A program made the translations under genes and the position numbers. From Escherichia coli (GTDB lineage Bacteria; Pseudomonadota; Gammaproteobacteria; Enterobacterales; Enterobacteriaceae), in NCBI RefSeq assembly GCF_050920415.1, contig NZ_CP169309.1: DNA of 64,000 nt. One strand, 5' to 3'. Shown piece after piece: positions 20,739 through 30,364 of the stretch (the stretch's first letter is position 1; every line of letters begins with the position of its first letter). Under the pieces are notes generated by a model that was not told the DNA's origin, ran no database searches, and was given only the letters and a program-made list of their open reading frames with translations.

Positions 20739-22741
20739 TGAAAGTAACTGCAAACGGTAAGACATTTACCTTCCCTGATGGTACGAGCACGGAAGATATT
20801 GGCACCGCCATTGATGAGTATTTTGCTGGTCAGTCAGCACCAACACAACAAGGTGTTCAGCAATCGCCAGCAGACAACTCACTTGCATCAGGATATGCAC
20901 AGCTTGCCACTCAGCAGAAGGAAGGACTAGATCGCTCTGCTGAGCAAGGGGCTGTTTTAGGTGCTGCAATGCGCGATGCCGTTACCGGTGAAAGCCGAAT
21001 GACACCAGAAATGGAGAGACTGCAAAATGTTGGGTCTGCTCCAGAGCTTAATAGCTTAAGCACTGATGCGCTGCGTGCTGGATTGGGGCAGCTATTTGGT
21101 TCCGACGCTTCACAGGAGAAAATACTGCAAAGTATTGGCGGGAAAATCCGGAAGGATGAGAAGGGAAATTCCATAGTCACCCTTCCTTCAGGGGAATATG
21201 CACTTAACAAGCCTGGTTTGTCACCGCAGGATATAACGTCATTCTTGGCAAATGCTCTTGCATTCACTCCAGCAGGTAGAGCTGCGTCTGTTGTAGGTGC
21301 AACACTAAAATCAGGCGCTACTGATTTAGCTTTACAGGGTGCCACTAAGATCGCTGGCGGTGAGAATGTTAATCCAGTTCAAACTGCAATTTCTGCTGGT
21401 CTTGGTGGGGTACTGAAGGGTGTAGAAAACACCGCAAGCGCAGTGTCTCGTTCTGCTATGGGTAAGATTGCTCCTGAAAAACAAGCTCAGATTGACTTTG
21501 CCAAGCAGAACAACTTGCCACTGATGACAACAGATCTTGTGGAACCGGGAACAAATATTGGTAAGCAAGCACGAGCTATGGCTGAGCGAATCCCAATAGC
21601 CGGAACAGGTGGGATAAGAAATGCACAGCAAAAGGCCAGGGAAGATTTAGTTAGAACTTTTAGCGATAATGTTGGTGGAATATCTGACGCACAACTTTAC
21701 CAATCAGCTACTCGTGGTCAGCAGCAATTTATTCAGGCTGCTGGCAAGCGGTACGACAGGATCATCAGTTTGATGGGGGATACTCCTGTTGACATCACTG
21801 GAACAGTGAAAGCAATTGATGAGCAGATTTCCAAGTTAACTCGCCCAGGAGTATCGCAAGATCGCTCAGCTGTTTCTGTCCTTCAACAGTTTAGAAATGA
21901 CATCACCAGCGGTCCAAATAACCTGCAATTAGCTAGAGAAAACCGTACAAACTTACGTAAGCGCTTTATGGCAGCACCTGACGAGGTCGATAGAGATACG
22001 CTGGAGAAAGCTGCGCAGTCTGTTTATAACGCATACACAACAGACATGAAAAAAGCGGTTGGCGCAAAACTAGGTGCGAAGGAAGCGCAAAACATGTCGC
22101 GTGTTGATCGTTCTTGGGCAAAGTTCAACGACATGATGAGCAATACACGTGTCCAAAAAGCTATTCAGAGTGGTAAAACAACGCCAGAAGATGTCACTAA
22201 ACTAGTATTCAGCCAAAGCCCAGCGGAAAGGGCGCAACTTTATCGATTGCTTGATGATAGTGGGCGTCAAAATGCTAGAGCAGCACTTGTTCAGCGTGCA
22301 ATGGATAAGGCGACAAGCGATTCAGGAAAGCTTAGCGTTGAGAAGTTTATTAATGAAATGAAAAGGAATCGGAAGCAGGCTGAGACGTTCTTCAGAGGAG
22401 AGCATGGGAAACAGCTTGATGGGATAATGAAATATCTTGATTCCACTAGACAGGCAGCTACTGCTGCCGCAAGCCCACTAACAGGGCAAATGGTAGCTGG
22501 TCCAGCAGCGCTGATAACAGCTCTTGCGTCTGTTACAAATCCAATGTTTGCAAAAGTTGCGGCAGTTGGAGCTGGTATCGGTATGGCTGGCAGGGGCTAT
22601 GAGTCACGCGCGATGAGGAACGCATTACTAAAGTTAGCAAACACGCCAAAAGGAAGTACTGCTTATGATAGAGCGATCAGACGGGTATCTGAAACTCTTA
22701 CACCTCTAATTCAGGCTTCAAGTGAGAAAGCCCAGCAGTAA
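20735..22741 (+). CDS. Ejection protein, gp16-like
   Basis: 668 aa; position. Confidence 0.75.
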   Translation: MMKVTANGKTFTFPDGTSTEDIGTAIDEYFAGQSAPTQQGVQQSPADNSLASGYAQLATQQKEGLDRSAEQGAVLGAAMRDAVTGESRMTPEMERLQNVGSAPELNSLSTDALRAGLGQLFGSDASQEKILQSIGGKIRKDEKGNSIVTLPSGEYALNKPGLSPQDITSFLANALAFTPAGRAASVVGATLKSGATDLALQGATKIAGGENVNPVQTAISAGLGGVLKGVENTASAVSRSAMGKIAPEKQAQIDFAKQNNLPLMTTDLVEPGTNIGKQARAMAERIPIAGTGGIRNAQQKAREDLVRTFSDNVGGISDAQLYQSATRGQQQFIQAAGKRYDRIISLMGDTPVDITGTVKAIDEQISKLTRPGVSQDRSAVSVLQQFRNDITSGPNNLQLARENRTNLRKRFMAAPDEVDRDTLEKAAQSVYNAYTTDMKKAVGAKLGAKEAQNMSRVDRSWAKFNDMMSNTRVQKAIQSGKTTPEDVTKLVFSQSPAERAQLYRLLDDSGRQNARAALVQRAMDKATSDSGKLSVEKFINEMKRNRKQAETFFRGEHGKQLDGIMKYLDSTRQAATAAASPLTGQMVAGPAALITALASVTNPMFAKVAAVGAGIGMAGRGYESRAMRNALLKLANTPKGSTAYDRAIRRVSETLTPLIQASSEKAQQ

Positions 22742-22749
22742 AAAGTTGG

Positions 22750-23070
22750 TTAGCGGTTGATGGTTGCTTTTTTCGGGTCATACCATCTCGGCCATTCTTT
22801 CAGGAATGGGAATGAGTCGGGAGCGTGGTTCTTTTTGTACGATTTAAGCAGCCTTAACCGCTCTATCGCACACTCATAAACCTCTTGTTGCCCTGTAGTC
22901 ATCTCGGTCCATGAAAGGTGATCCATTGATAAGACAACGTTTTCAGCTTCTTTTATGAGGGCGTTTTTATTTCTCACCGCAGCAGCATGGCTGACAGAGC
23001 AATCCTGCCATATTCTTAAAAGCCAAATAGCTAAGCAGATAAAAAAAATGGTAGATAGCGATATATACAC
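22750..23070 (-). CDS. Hypothetical single-pass membrane protein (about 106 aa)
   Basis: GTG start 5 nt after AAGGAGG; N-terminal TM segment YISLSTIFFICLAIWLLRIW; longer 178-aa ORF in the track would overlap the + strand gene. Confidence 0.45.
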   Translation of the reverse strand: MYISLSTIFFICLAIWLLRIWQDCSVSHAAAVRNKNALIKEAENVVLSMDHLSWTEMTTGQQEVYECAIERLRLLKSYKKNHAPDSFPFLKEWPRWYDPKKATINR

Positions 23071-23100
23071 ACCAACCTCCTTAGTTTTGAGCAGGATACC

Positions 23101-23466
23101 ATGAAAAAAGTTAACATTGGAAACGTACCAAAGATGCTCGTACCGCTCTTTGAGAGCGGTACAATTGTGTTTTGTAGAGACTTTCCAGAATGGCAACGCC
23201 TGCATCAAAAACTTGGCGTTGACGTGCATGACTCGGACGCCAACGGAGCGTCTCATACAATGAGTAGCGAGAATGGTGTTTTGCATGTGATAGGCGTGTT
23301 CAATGGCAAACTATCTACTATTGCCCATGAGTGCGCTCACATGGCATTCGATATCTGCTCAAGGGTAGGTGTTGATGTTGAACCAGGAAGAGCCAACGAG
23401 ACTTACTGCTACTTAATGAGCAGGCTTGTTGAGTTCTGCGAGCGACATATCAAAAAGCCGGAGTGA
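23101..23466 (+). CDS. Putative zinc metallopeptidase (HExxH motif; ImmA/IrrE- or SprT-like)
   Basis: 121 aa; HECAH motif at residues 76-80. Confidence 0.45.
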   Translation: MKKVNIGNVPKMLVPLFESGTIVFCRDFPEWQRLHQKLGVDVHDSDANGASHTMSSENGVLHVIGVFNGKLSTIAHECAHMAFDICSRVGVDVEPGRANETYCYLMSRLVEFCERHIKKPE

Positions 23467-23479
23467 CCCGGCTTGATTA

Positions 23480-23659
23480 TTACTTTTTGCTGTCTGGAGT
23501 TCGCTTATCCAATACCCAGCCATGACCTGGCTTTGTTGTTGGTGGAAGCCTTTCGTTGTCCTTGACGGTGGCAAAATTGTCTTTCTTACCGCCGCGTGGG
23601 CCAACTTCTTGGTATATTCCGCCGTTTTTTCCTGTGTTTTCACCTGGTTTTTTCGCCAT
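23480..23659 (-). CDS. Hypothetical small Gly/Lys-rich protein (59 aa)
   Basis: ATG preceded by GAGG; MAKKPGENTGKNGGIYQEVGPRGGKKDNFATVKDNERLPPTTKPGHGWVLDKRTPDSKK. Confidence 0.45.
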   Translation of the reverse strand: MAKKPGENTGKNGGIYQEVGPRGGKKDNFATVKDNERLPPTTKPGHGWVLDKRTPDSKK

Positions 23660-23758
23660 GATATACCTCAACATACACCCGTTATTGGGCGATTAAATAT
23701 TGATCTCATTTTATAAGTAGTCAATATGGCCCAGGTAAATGCAAAAATTAACTCACCG

Positions 23759-24010
23759 TCAGGTGGTTTTTTTGTACAAATCCTTCAGCGTATCAAACAC
23801 CATCTTCTTAACAAGATCTGACTGCTCATCAGCGAGTCGTTCTGCATCGTCACGATATCCAGTCACAGGCGATGGTTTTGATAGAGCATCTTGGACGATT
23901 TGCAACAATTCTGAGTTCATTGATCTACCATTTGACTCTGCTCTGTATTTTAATTTTTCTCTTACTTCCAAAGGCATGCGGAAGTTAAAGTGCGGATCGT
24001 CTCTAGCCAT
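23759..24010 (-). CDS. mnt: Mnt repressor (ribbon-helix-helix)
   Basis: 83 aa; matches recalled P22 Mnt (MARDDPHFNFRMP.EVREKLK.RAE.NGRSMNSELLQIV..). Confidence 0.9.
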   Translation of the reverse strand: MARDDPHFNFRMPLEVREKLKYRAESNGRSMNSELLQIVQDALSKPSPVTGYRDDAERLADEQSDLVKKMVFDTLKDLYKKTT

Positions 24011-24033
24011 GCCATCACTCCAAGTTAGTATCT

Positions 24034-24291
24034 TTAACTTTCGTCTTTATTGTTGCCATACATGCATTTCAACTTCTCAACATCATGTTCAAGATCTATC
24101 AATCGTGATGCTATAGTTGCAAGGTCTAGTGCTTGAATGTGTTTATTTTTTTCGGTCCATGCTTCAAGTGCCGCGACCATCTCAGCATTTAATGAACGAG
24201 AATTAGCCTCAGCCAGTTCAATAAGACGTTCCTTTATCTCTACAGGAAGCCTCAGATTCACTTGAGGGTTTTTGTACTTACGATCAGACAT
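24034..24291 (-). CDS. Arc/Mnt-family ribbon-helix-helix regulator (second RHH protein)
   Basis: RHH N-terminus PQVNLRLPVEIKERLIELAEANSRSLNAEMV; directly upstream of mnt on the same strand. Confidence 0.7.
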   Translation of the reverse strand: MSDRKYKNPQVNLRLPVEIKERLIELAEANSRSLNAEMVAALEAWTEKNKHIQALDLATIASRLIDLEHDVEKLKCMYGNNKDES

Positions 24292-24396
24292 CGGCACATC
24301 CTGAATAATTTTTTACCACAGGATATGTAGGTATCTATTGACTATCAATGCGTACCTAAATACTATGTATGCGTACCACATACAACGGAGGATGCA

Positions 24397-24537
24397 ATGA
24401 AGGTAAAAACACTGCGTATGCCAGAGAAGTTAGAAAAAATCCTTGAAGAGAAAGCAAAGGAAGAGTGTCGCTCATTTAGCGCAGAAGTAATTAAACGGGT
24501 GATGGACAGCCTGAAGAGAGATGGGGTGGCGATATGA
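24397..24537 (+). CDS. arc: Arc-like repressor (46 aa RHH)
   Basis: MKVKTLRMPEKLEKILEEKAKEECRSFSAEVIKRVMDSLKRDG resembles P22 Arc as recalled; divergent from mnt. Confidence 0.7.
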   Translation: MKVKTLRMPEKLEKILEEKAKEECRSFSAEVIKRVMDSLKRDGVAI

Positions 24538-24716
24538 ATAAAGAAGATGGCTTTAAGTGCTCCTTCTGCTGAAAGCCTCAGCATGAATGTGCAATGTTGA
24601 TTCGCGCTAAAGCAGAGATATTTATCTGTAATGGTTGTGTATCTCTTTGCGTTGAAGCGATGGGGAAAGAGTTAAATTCTAGAAAAACAATGTTAGATGT
24701 GAGCATAAAACAGTGA
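24534..24716 (+). pseudogene. ClpX-type C4 zinc-finger small protein with in-frame TGA at 24570-24572
   Basis: MNKEDGFKCSFC-TGA-KPQHECAMLIRAKAEIFICNGCVSLCVEAMGKE.. parallels ClpX N-terminal zinc finger (CSFCGK...ICDECV..LC); TGA sits where ClpX has Gly. Confidence 0.5.
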
Positions 24717-24778
24717 AGCCCCAACTGCGGTAACAGTCAGGGCTTCGGTATCAACAAAACTTACGAGGTATTATTGAT

Positions 24779-25348
24779 ATGTCAAGCTTAGCAAAGTCAA
24801 CTGTAAATTGCACTAATAGCATCATCATTTCTGACGTCAAGATTCATATGGATTCAGAGGGTCGTTACTCGCTTAATGACCTTCATGTAGCGTCTGGAAA
24901 GGAGGAAAAACATCAGCCAGCTTTCTTCATGCGTAGAAATGAAACTATTGAATTGATTAATGAAATTTTTAATTCTGCGGATATGCAGAATAAGAATCCC
25001 GTCATTTCTAAGAAAGGTAGATATGGTGGAACATACGTGTGCAAGGAGCTTGTTTACTCCTACGCCATGTGGATTAGCGCAGCATTTGCGCTGAAGGTTA
25101 TCCGCGCATATGACGCAATGGTTACTGCCACACAAGAGAGGAAGGCTATTGGCGGTAAAACTTCAGTAGCTGAACGCACGCCGCTACGCGATGCAGTAAA
25201 CATGCTGGTAGGAAAGAAAGGACTTCGCTATGACGATGCATACAATATGGTTCATCAGCGTTTTGGTATTGACAGCATTGATGAACTTTCAATTGAACAA
25301 ATCCCGCTGGCCGTAGAGTACATCCACAGGGTAGTGCTTGAAGGTGAG
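24779..25348 (+). pseudogene. ant: Antirepressor Ant, 5' part (KilA-N domain), interrupted by IS2
   Basis: KilA-N-like N-terminus; reading frame runs into IS2 left end, which supplies the stop (TAG at 25349-25351). Confidence 0.75.
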
Positions 25349-25439
25349 TAGACTGGCCCCCTGAATCTCCAGACAACCAGTATCACTTAAATAAGTGATA
25401 GTCTTAATACTAGTTTTTAGACTAGTCATTGGAGAACAG

Positions 25440-25805
25440 ATGATTGATGTCTTAGGGCCGGAGAAACGCAGACGGCGTACCACACAGGAAAAGATCGCAA
25501 TTGTTCAGCAGAGCTTTGAACCGGGGATGACGGTCTCCCTCGTTGCCCGGCAACATGGTGTAGCAGCCAGCCAGTTATTTCTCTGGCGTAAGCAATACCA
25601 GGAAGGAAGTCTTACTGCTGTCGCCGCCGGAGAACAGGTTGTTCCTGCCTCTGAACTTGCTGCCGCCATGAAGCAGATTAAAGAACTCCAGCGCCTGCTC
25701 GGCAAGAAAACGATGGAAAATGAACTCCTCAAAGAAGCCGTTGAATATGGACGGGCAAAAAAGTGGATAGCGCACGCGCCCTTATTGCCCGGGGATGGGG
25801 AGTAA
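25440..25805 (+). CDS. insC: IS2 transposase OrfA
   Basis: [41 protein letters not shown].. matches InsC as recalled. Confidence 0.9.
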
Positions 25806-26668
25806 GCTTAGTCAGCCGTTGTCTCCGGGTGTCGCGTGCGCAGTTGCACGTCATTCTCAGACGAACCGATGACTGGATGGATGGCCGCCGCAGTCGTCAC
25901 ACTGATGATACGGATGTGCTTCTCCGTATACACCATGTTATCGGAGAGCTGCCCACGTATGGTTATCGTCGGGTATGGGCGCTGCTTCGCAGACAGGCAG
26001 AACTTGATGGTATGCCTGCGATCAATGCCAAACGTGTTTACCGGATCATGCGCCAGAATGCGCTGTTGCTTGAGCGAAAACCTGCTGTACCGCCATCGAA
26101 ACGGGCACATACAGGCAGAGTGGCCGTGAAAGAAAGCAATCAGCGATGGTGCTCTGACGGGTTCGAGTTCTGCTGTGATAACGGAGAGAGACTGCGTGTC
26201 ACGTTCGCGCTGGACTGCTGTGATCGTGAGGCACTGCACTGGGCGGTGACTACTGGCGGCTTCAACAGTGAAACAGTACAGGACGTCATGCTGGGAGCGG
26301 TGGAACGCCGCTTCGGCGACGATCTTCCGTCGTCTCCAGTGGAGTGGCTGACGGATAATGGTTCATGCTACCGGGCTAATGAAACACGCCAGTTCGCCCG
26401 GATGTTGGGACTTGAACCGAAGAACACGGCGGTGCGGAGTCCGGAGAGTAACGGAATAGCAGAGAGCTTCGTGAAAACGATAAAGCGTGACTACATCAGT
26501 ATCATGCCCAAACCAGACGGGTTAACGGCAGCAAAGAACCTTGCAGAGGCGTTCGAGCATTATAACGAATGGCATCCGCATAGTGCGCTGGGTTATCGCT
26601 CGCCACGGGAATATCTGCGGCAGCGGGCTTGTAATGGGTTAAGTGATAACAGATGTCTGGAAATATAG
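25763..26668 (+). CDS. insD: IS2 transposase OrfB (overlaps orfA in -1 frame)
   Basis: 301 aa; DDE transposase matching InsD as recalled. Confidence 0.9.
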
Positions 26669-26679
26669 GGGCAAATCCA

Positions 26680-27005
26680 GTGAGTTCATTGGCAAACAAG
26701 AGAAGAAAACCAACGAGCTTTCTGCAAAAGAAGCAAACAGCCTTGTATGGTTATGGGATTATGCCAACCGCTCACAGGCATTATTCCGCGAATTGTATCC
26801 GGCATTAAAACAAATTCAATCGAACTATTCCGGCAGATGTCATGACTGCGGTTATGAGTTCTCCCGTATTATCGATATAGCGAGAGACGTTTTAATTAAT
26901 CACACACGAGATGTTGATATCAATGAGCCAGACGGACCAACGAATCTTTCCGCATGGATGAGACTTAAGAATAAAGAATTACCTCCTTCAGTACATAATT
27001 ACTGA
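26680..27005 (+). pseudogene. ant: Antirepressor Ant, 3' part
   Basis: After removing IS2 and one TSD copy (1336 bp) this frame joins 24779..25348 in frame, reconstructing a 296-aa protein. Confidence 0.7.
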
Positions 27006-27105
27006 CAGATAACCAACGCAACGACCCAGCTTCGGCTGGGTTTTTTTATGCCCAAAATTCACCGTAGCCATGCTGCGGCGATTCCTTGTATCTGGAGCAA
27101 ATTAA

Positions 27106-29063
27106 ATGACAGACATTACAGCCAATGTTGTAGTGAGCATGCCTTCGCAACTCTTTACTATGGCCCGCTCTTTTAAAGCCGTAGCTAATGGTAAAATTTA
27201 TATCGGTAAAATTGACACTGACCCGGTAAATCCTGAAAACCAGATTCAGGTTTATGTAGAGAACGAAGACGGCTCTCACGTTCCTGTTTCGCAACCAATC
27301 ATCATTAACGCTGCTGGATATCCGGTATATAACGGACAGATTGCCAAATTCGTAACTGTGCAAGGCCATTCTATGGCTGTATATGATGCGTATGGTGCAC
27401 AGCAGTTCTATTTTCCTAATGTGCTGAAGTATGACCCTGATCAGTTTAAGCAGCAGTTAGAAAGCGATGCTGATGGAATGGGAGATGCATTAGTTACAGT
27501 TAAACAACCGTACACTGGTGCTACTTCTATTTCACAGCACATTAAAAATTCACAGGCTATAAGTGTTATTGATTTTGGCGCTACAATTGACGGAACGCTT
27601 CACCCTTTAAGCGAGATATTTTCAACACTATCAGCCGCTCAGATGGTATATCCATTTGTTTCATCTCTATCTCAATCTGTTGATTATGCTGCGCTTCAGT
27701 CCGCATGTAACACGGGAAAAACAGTGCTTATTCCAAAGGGAACTGGTTACTATAATTCAACTATTTTTCTGAAAAACTCCGTCAGGATTGTTGGAGAGGG
27801 AACTGATACAATAAATAGAGCGCAATCATTTATGTCTATTGTTGGTAATATTTCAGCCTTTGCTTTAGATCAAGGTGATTCACTATCGACAAAAATGATT
27901 CAGATTTTTATTGATGGTCTTTATATTTTCTATGATCCAGGAACCACACCAACGAATCCTGAAGATGATGGTGGGAAAATTGCATTTAATTTCTACTCGA
28001 CAATTCCAAATTCAACAAGCTTGGAAATGTCTGAAATTAAAAACTGTACAGTTCATGGTGCATGGTCATGCTTTAATGATCAGACTGGCACATACTTGAC
28101 AAAACTTACGAATGTGTGGGCCAGAAACTGCCATAATGGTTTTACAAAAGGAACTGGCACTACCATTCTGATGGAAAGATGTTATACATCTGGATGTATA
28201 TCACCATATCAGTTTGGTTCTGTCTTTGCAGCTACAATGATTAACTGTGCCATGGATGGATCAAATATTTCGTTAAACGCAGGTTCGCTTGGTGGGGCTG
28301 GCGTTCATGTTCTTAACACACATAGTTTTAACATTATTGGTTTTGATGCGGAGGGTAACACCATCTCTACAGATGGTTATGGAGAGGCAGCACTATTCCA
28401 TTTCGAAAATAGTAGTGGTGGCATTTCTGGCCTGACTGCACATCAGAACAGCATGCGAAGTGTTGCGCCAAGTGATGCTGGTGTAGTTTCCTACATCAGG
28501 GCGTCAGGTAGCAGCGATGTAAAATTGAGTCATCAGAAGATGATTTATCTGACACCAACACAGTTGCATATACTGGGTCTGGGTATCCCATCATGCTACA
28601 TGCAACTGACACAGCTAAAATAAGCGTCTTTAATAGCAGATTCAGGGCGACTACCACTGGTACCCCTGTCTTAAGTACGCTAAGTACTGGTGATGTATCA
28701 TGGTATGACTGCCCTAAAAAAACAGGACTTATCGTAGATGGTTATTCACAAATAACATCTAAGGAAGGATTGCAAACATCATGCTTCTATACCAGTAAAG
28801 GCTCTACTGCTGTTGCTGAAAATACTCCGACAACACTTTTCTCTCTACCAGATTCGCAAGGTACTTACATTATTAGCGTATGGGGGGCTGGAAGCGGAGA
28901 AAATTACGCATCTACACAACTGGCAATGTATGATGGAGATAAGCTAATTCTTGTTGCGTTAAAAATAGCAGCATTTCTTAGTTTTTCAGCAACAGGGAGA
29001 ATTGTAACCATTACAAGCCAGGGCACAGGCACTTTTAATTGGACCTACACAAAAATAGGTTAA
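27106..29063 (+). pseudogene. Tailspike with P22-like head-binding N-terminus and divergent receptor-binding domain; apparent 1-nt frameshift between 28512 and 28590
   Basis: N-terminus [11 protein letters not shown]...[33 protein letters not shown] matches P22 gp9 as recalled; frame 27106..28623 and frame 28512..29063 overlap, together about 652 codons. Confidence 0.65.
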
Positions 29064-29206
29064 TATATTTTGAACTATCTACGTTATTTAGTTCGTTAAG
29101 TAGACATAGGGCGGTTATCTCTGTTGCTGGTGAGAAAAAAATGAGAAACACAAAGCTTTGCACTGTATTGCAAGGCTTTGCGCTCTTCGATAGTGGTTAA
29201 GGTGGA

Positions 29207-30364
29207 TCACTCCACCTTTTCATCAATCCAATCCGCCCACCACTGCATCATTTCTCTGCGCTTATCGAGATACTGAGCATGGTTGTAAATTCCGCGCACA
29301 GATCCGCCGTTGGCATGTGCCAGTTGCACTTCAATAGCATCAGCAGGCCATTCGTGCTCGTTCATAATCGTGCTGAATTCATGCCTGAATCCGTGACCGC
29401 TTTCCAGACCTTCATAGCCGATTTGTTTGATCACAAGCAGTACCGCGTTCTCGCAGATTGGCTTCTTCTTATCGTTGCGCCCGGCAAAAACAAACTCTGA
29501 TACTGGTTTGGTGATTGAGCTTAGCGTAGTGAGAAGTTCAACCACCTGGTCCGACATCGGGACAACATGAATCTTGCGTCCCTTCATCACACTGGCGTCG
29601 ATAGTGATAATCCTGTTTTCAAAATCGACGTTCTTCCATTGCATGGAACGAAGCTCTTTCGTTCTTAGGGCTGTGTAGCGTAAAACTTTGGTCGCAATGA
29701 GCGATACGATACTTCCTGAAAATGTTGCCAGTGCTTTGTTGAATGCAGGGATCTGGTCTGCAGGAAGAAACGGGAAGTTCTTCTTGCGGTATCCCTTCAT
29801 GGCGTCAGCAAGGTCAGGTGCCGGGTTATATTTAGCCCTTCCGGTGACAATAGCGTAACGGAAAACCTCGCCGCATCTTCTGCGTGCTTTGTTGGCTCGC
29901 TCCATTGCACCGCGATCTTCAAATCTGCGGATTACTTCCAGAAGTTGCATCGGCTCAATATCCTGAATTTCAAGGCTGCCGATGATAGGTAAAATGTCGT
30001 CATCAAACATTTTGGCAAGTTCAGTTGCATAGCCTACTGACCAGACTTGCTTCTTGTGCTCGTACCATTCCTTGTAAATCGCACTAAAGGAATTGTTGTT
30101 AGACGAAGCCTTTTTCGCCTTTACCGGATCGATACCAACCGAGATGTCTTTCCTCGCAGTCCATGCTTTATCCCTTGCCTCCTGCAAAGTCATAAGCGGA
30201 TATTTTCCGACGGTCAGGATTTTCTCCTTACCGTCAATCTTGTAGCGAAGCTGCCATACCTTTTTCCCTGACACAGGGACATAAAGGTACAGGCCATTAC
30301 CATCGAGAAGGCGGTATGGTTTTTCTTTCGGCTTTGCTGCTTCAATCTGCTTAACGGTGAGCAT
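29207..30364 (-). CDS. intS: Tyrosine integrase (IntS-like)
   Basis: MLTVKQIEAAKPKEKPYRLLDGNGLYLYVP.. matches recalled K-12 IntS; start taken at Met13 of the listed ORF. Confidence 0.9.
   Translation of the reverse strand: MLTVKQIEAAKPKEKPYRLLDGNGLYLYVPVSGKKVWQLRYKIDGKEKILTVGKYPLMTLQEARDKAWTARKDISVGIDPVKAKKASSNNNSFSAIYKEWYEHKKQVWSVGYATELAKMFDDDILPIIGSLEIQDIEPMQLLEVIRRFEDRGAMERANKARRRCGEVFRYAIVTGRAKYNPAPDLADAMKGYRKKNFPFLPADQIPAFNKALATFSGSIVSLIATKVLRYTALRTKELRSMQWKNVDFENRIITIDASVMKGRKIHVVPMSDQVVELLTTLSSITKPVSEFVFAGRNDKKKPICENAVLLVIKQIGYEGLESGHGFRHEFSTIMNEHEWPADAIEVQLAHANGGSVRGIYNHAQYLDKRREMMQWWADWIDEKVE

Larger units (their letters stand above)
25349..26679 (+). mobile_element. IS2 insertion sequence (1331 bp) with 5-bp target-site duplication GTGAG
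   Basis: Ends TAGACTGGCCCCCTGAATCTCCAGACAACC... and ...GGGGCAAATCCA match IS2 as recalled; GTGAG at 25344-25348 and 26680-26684. Confidence 0.95.

Noticed and set aside
23413-23716. Overlapping ORFs 23413..23643 (-) and 23522..23716 (+)
   Set aside because: Both overlap the better-supported 59-aa minus-strand gene (23480..23659), which has an SD-ATG; these alternatives lack start context.
29064-29206. Possible att site or tandem-prophage junction between tailspike and int
   Set aside because: No copy of the argW 3' segment is present here; the arrangement is explained by a tRNA-int-cargo architecture as in CPS-53.
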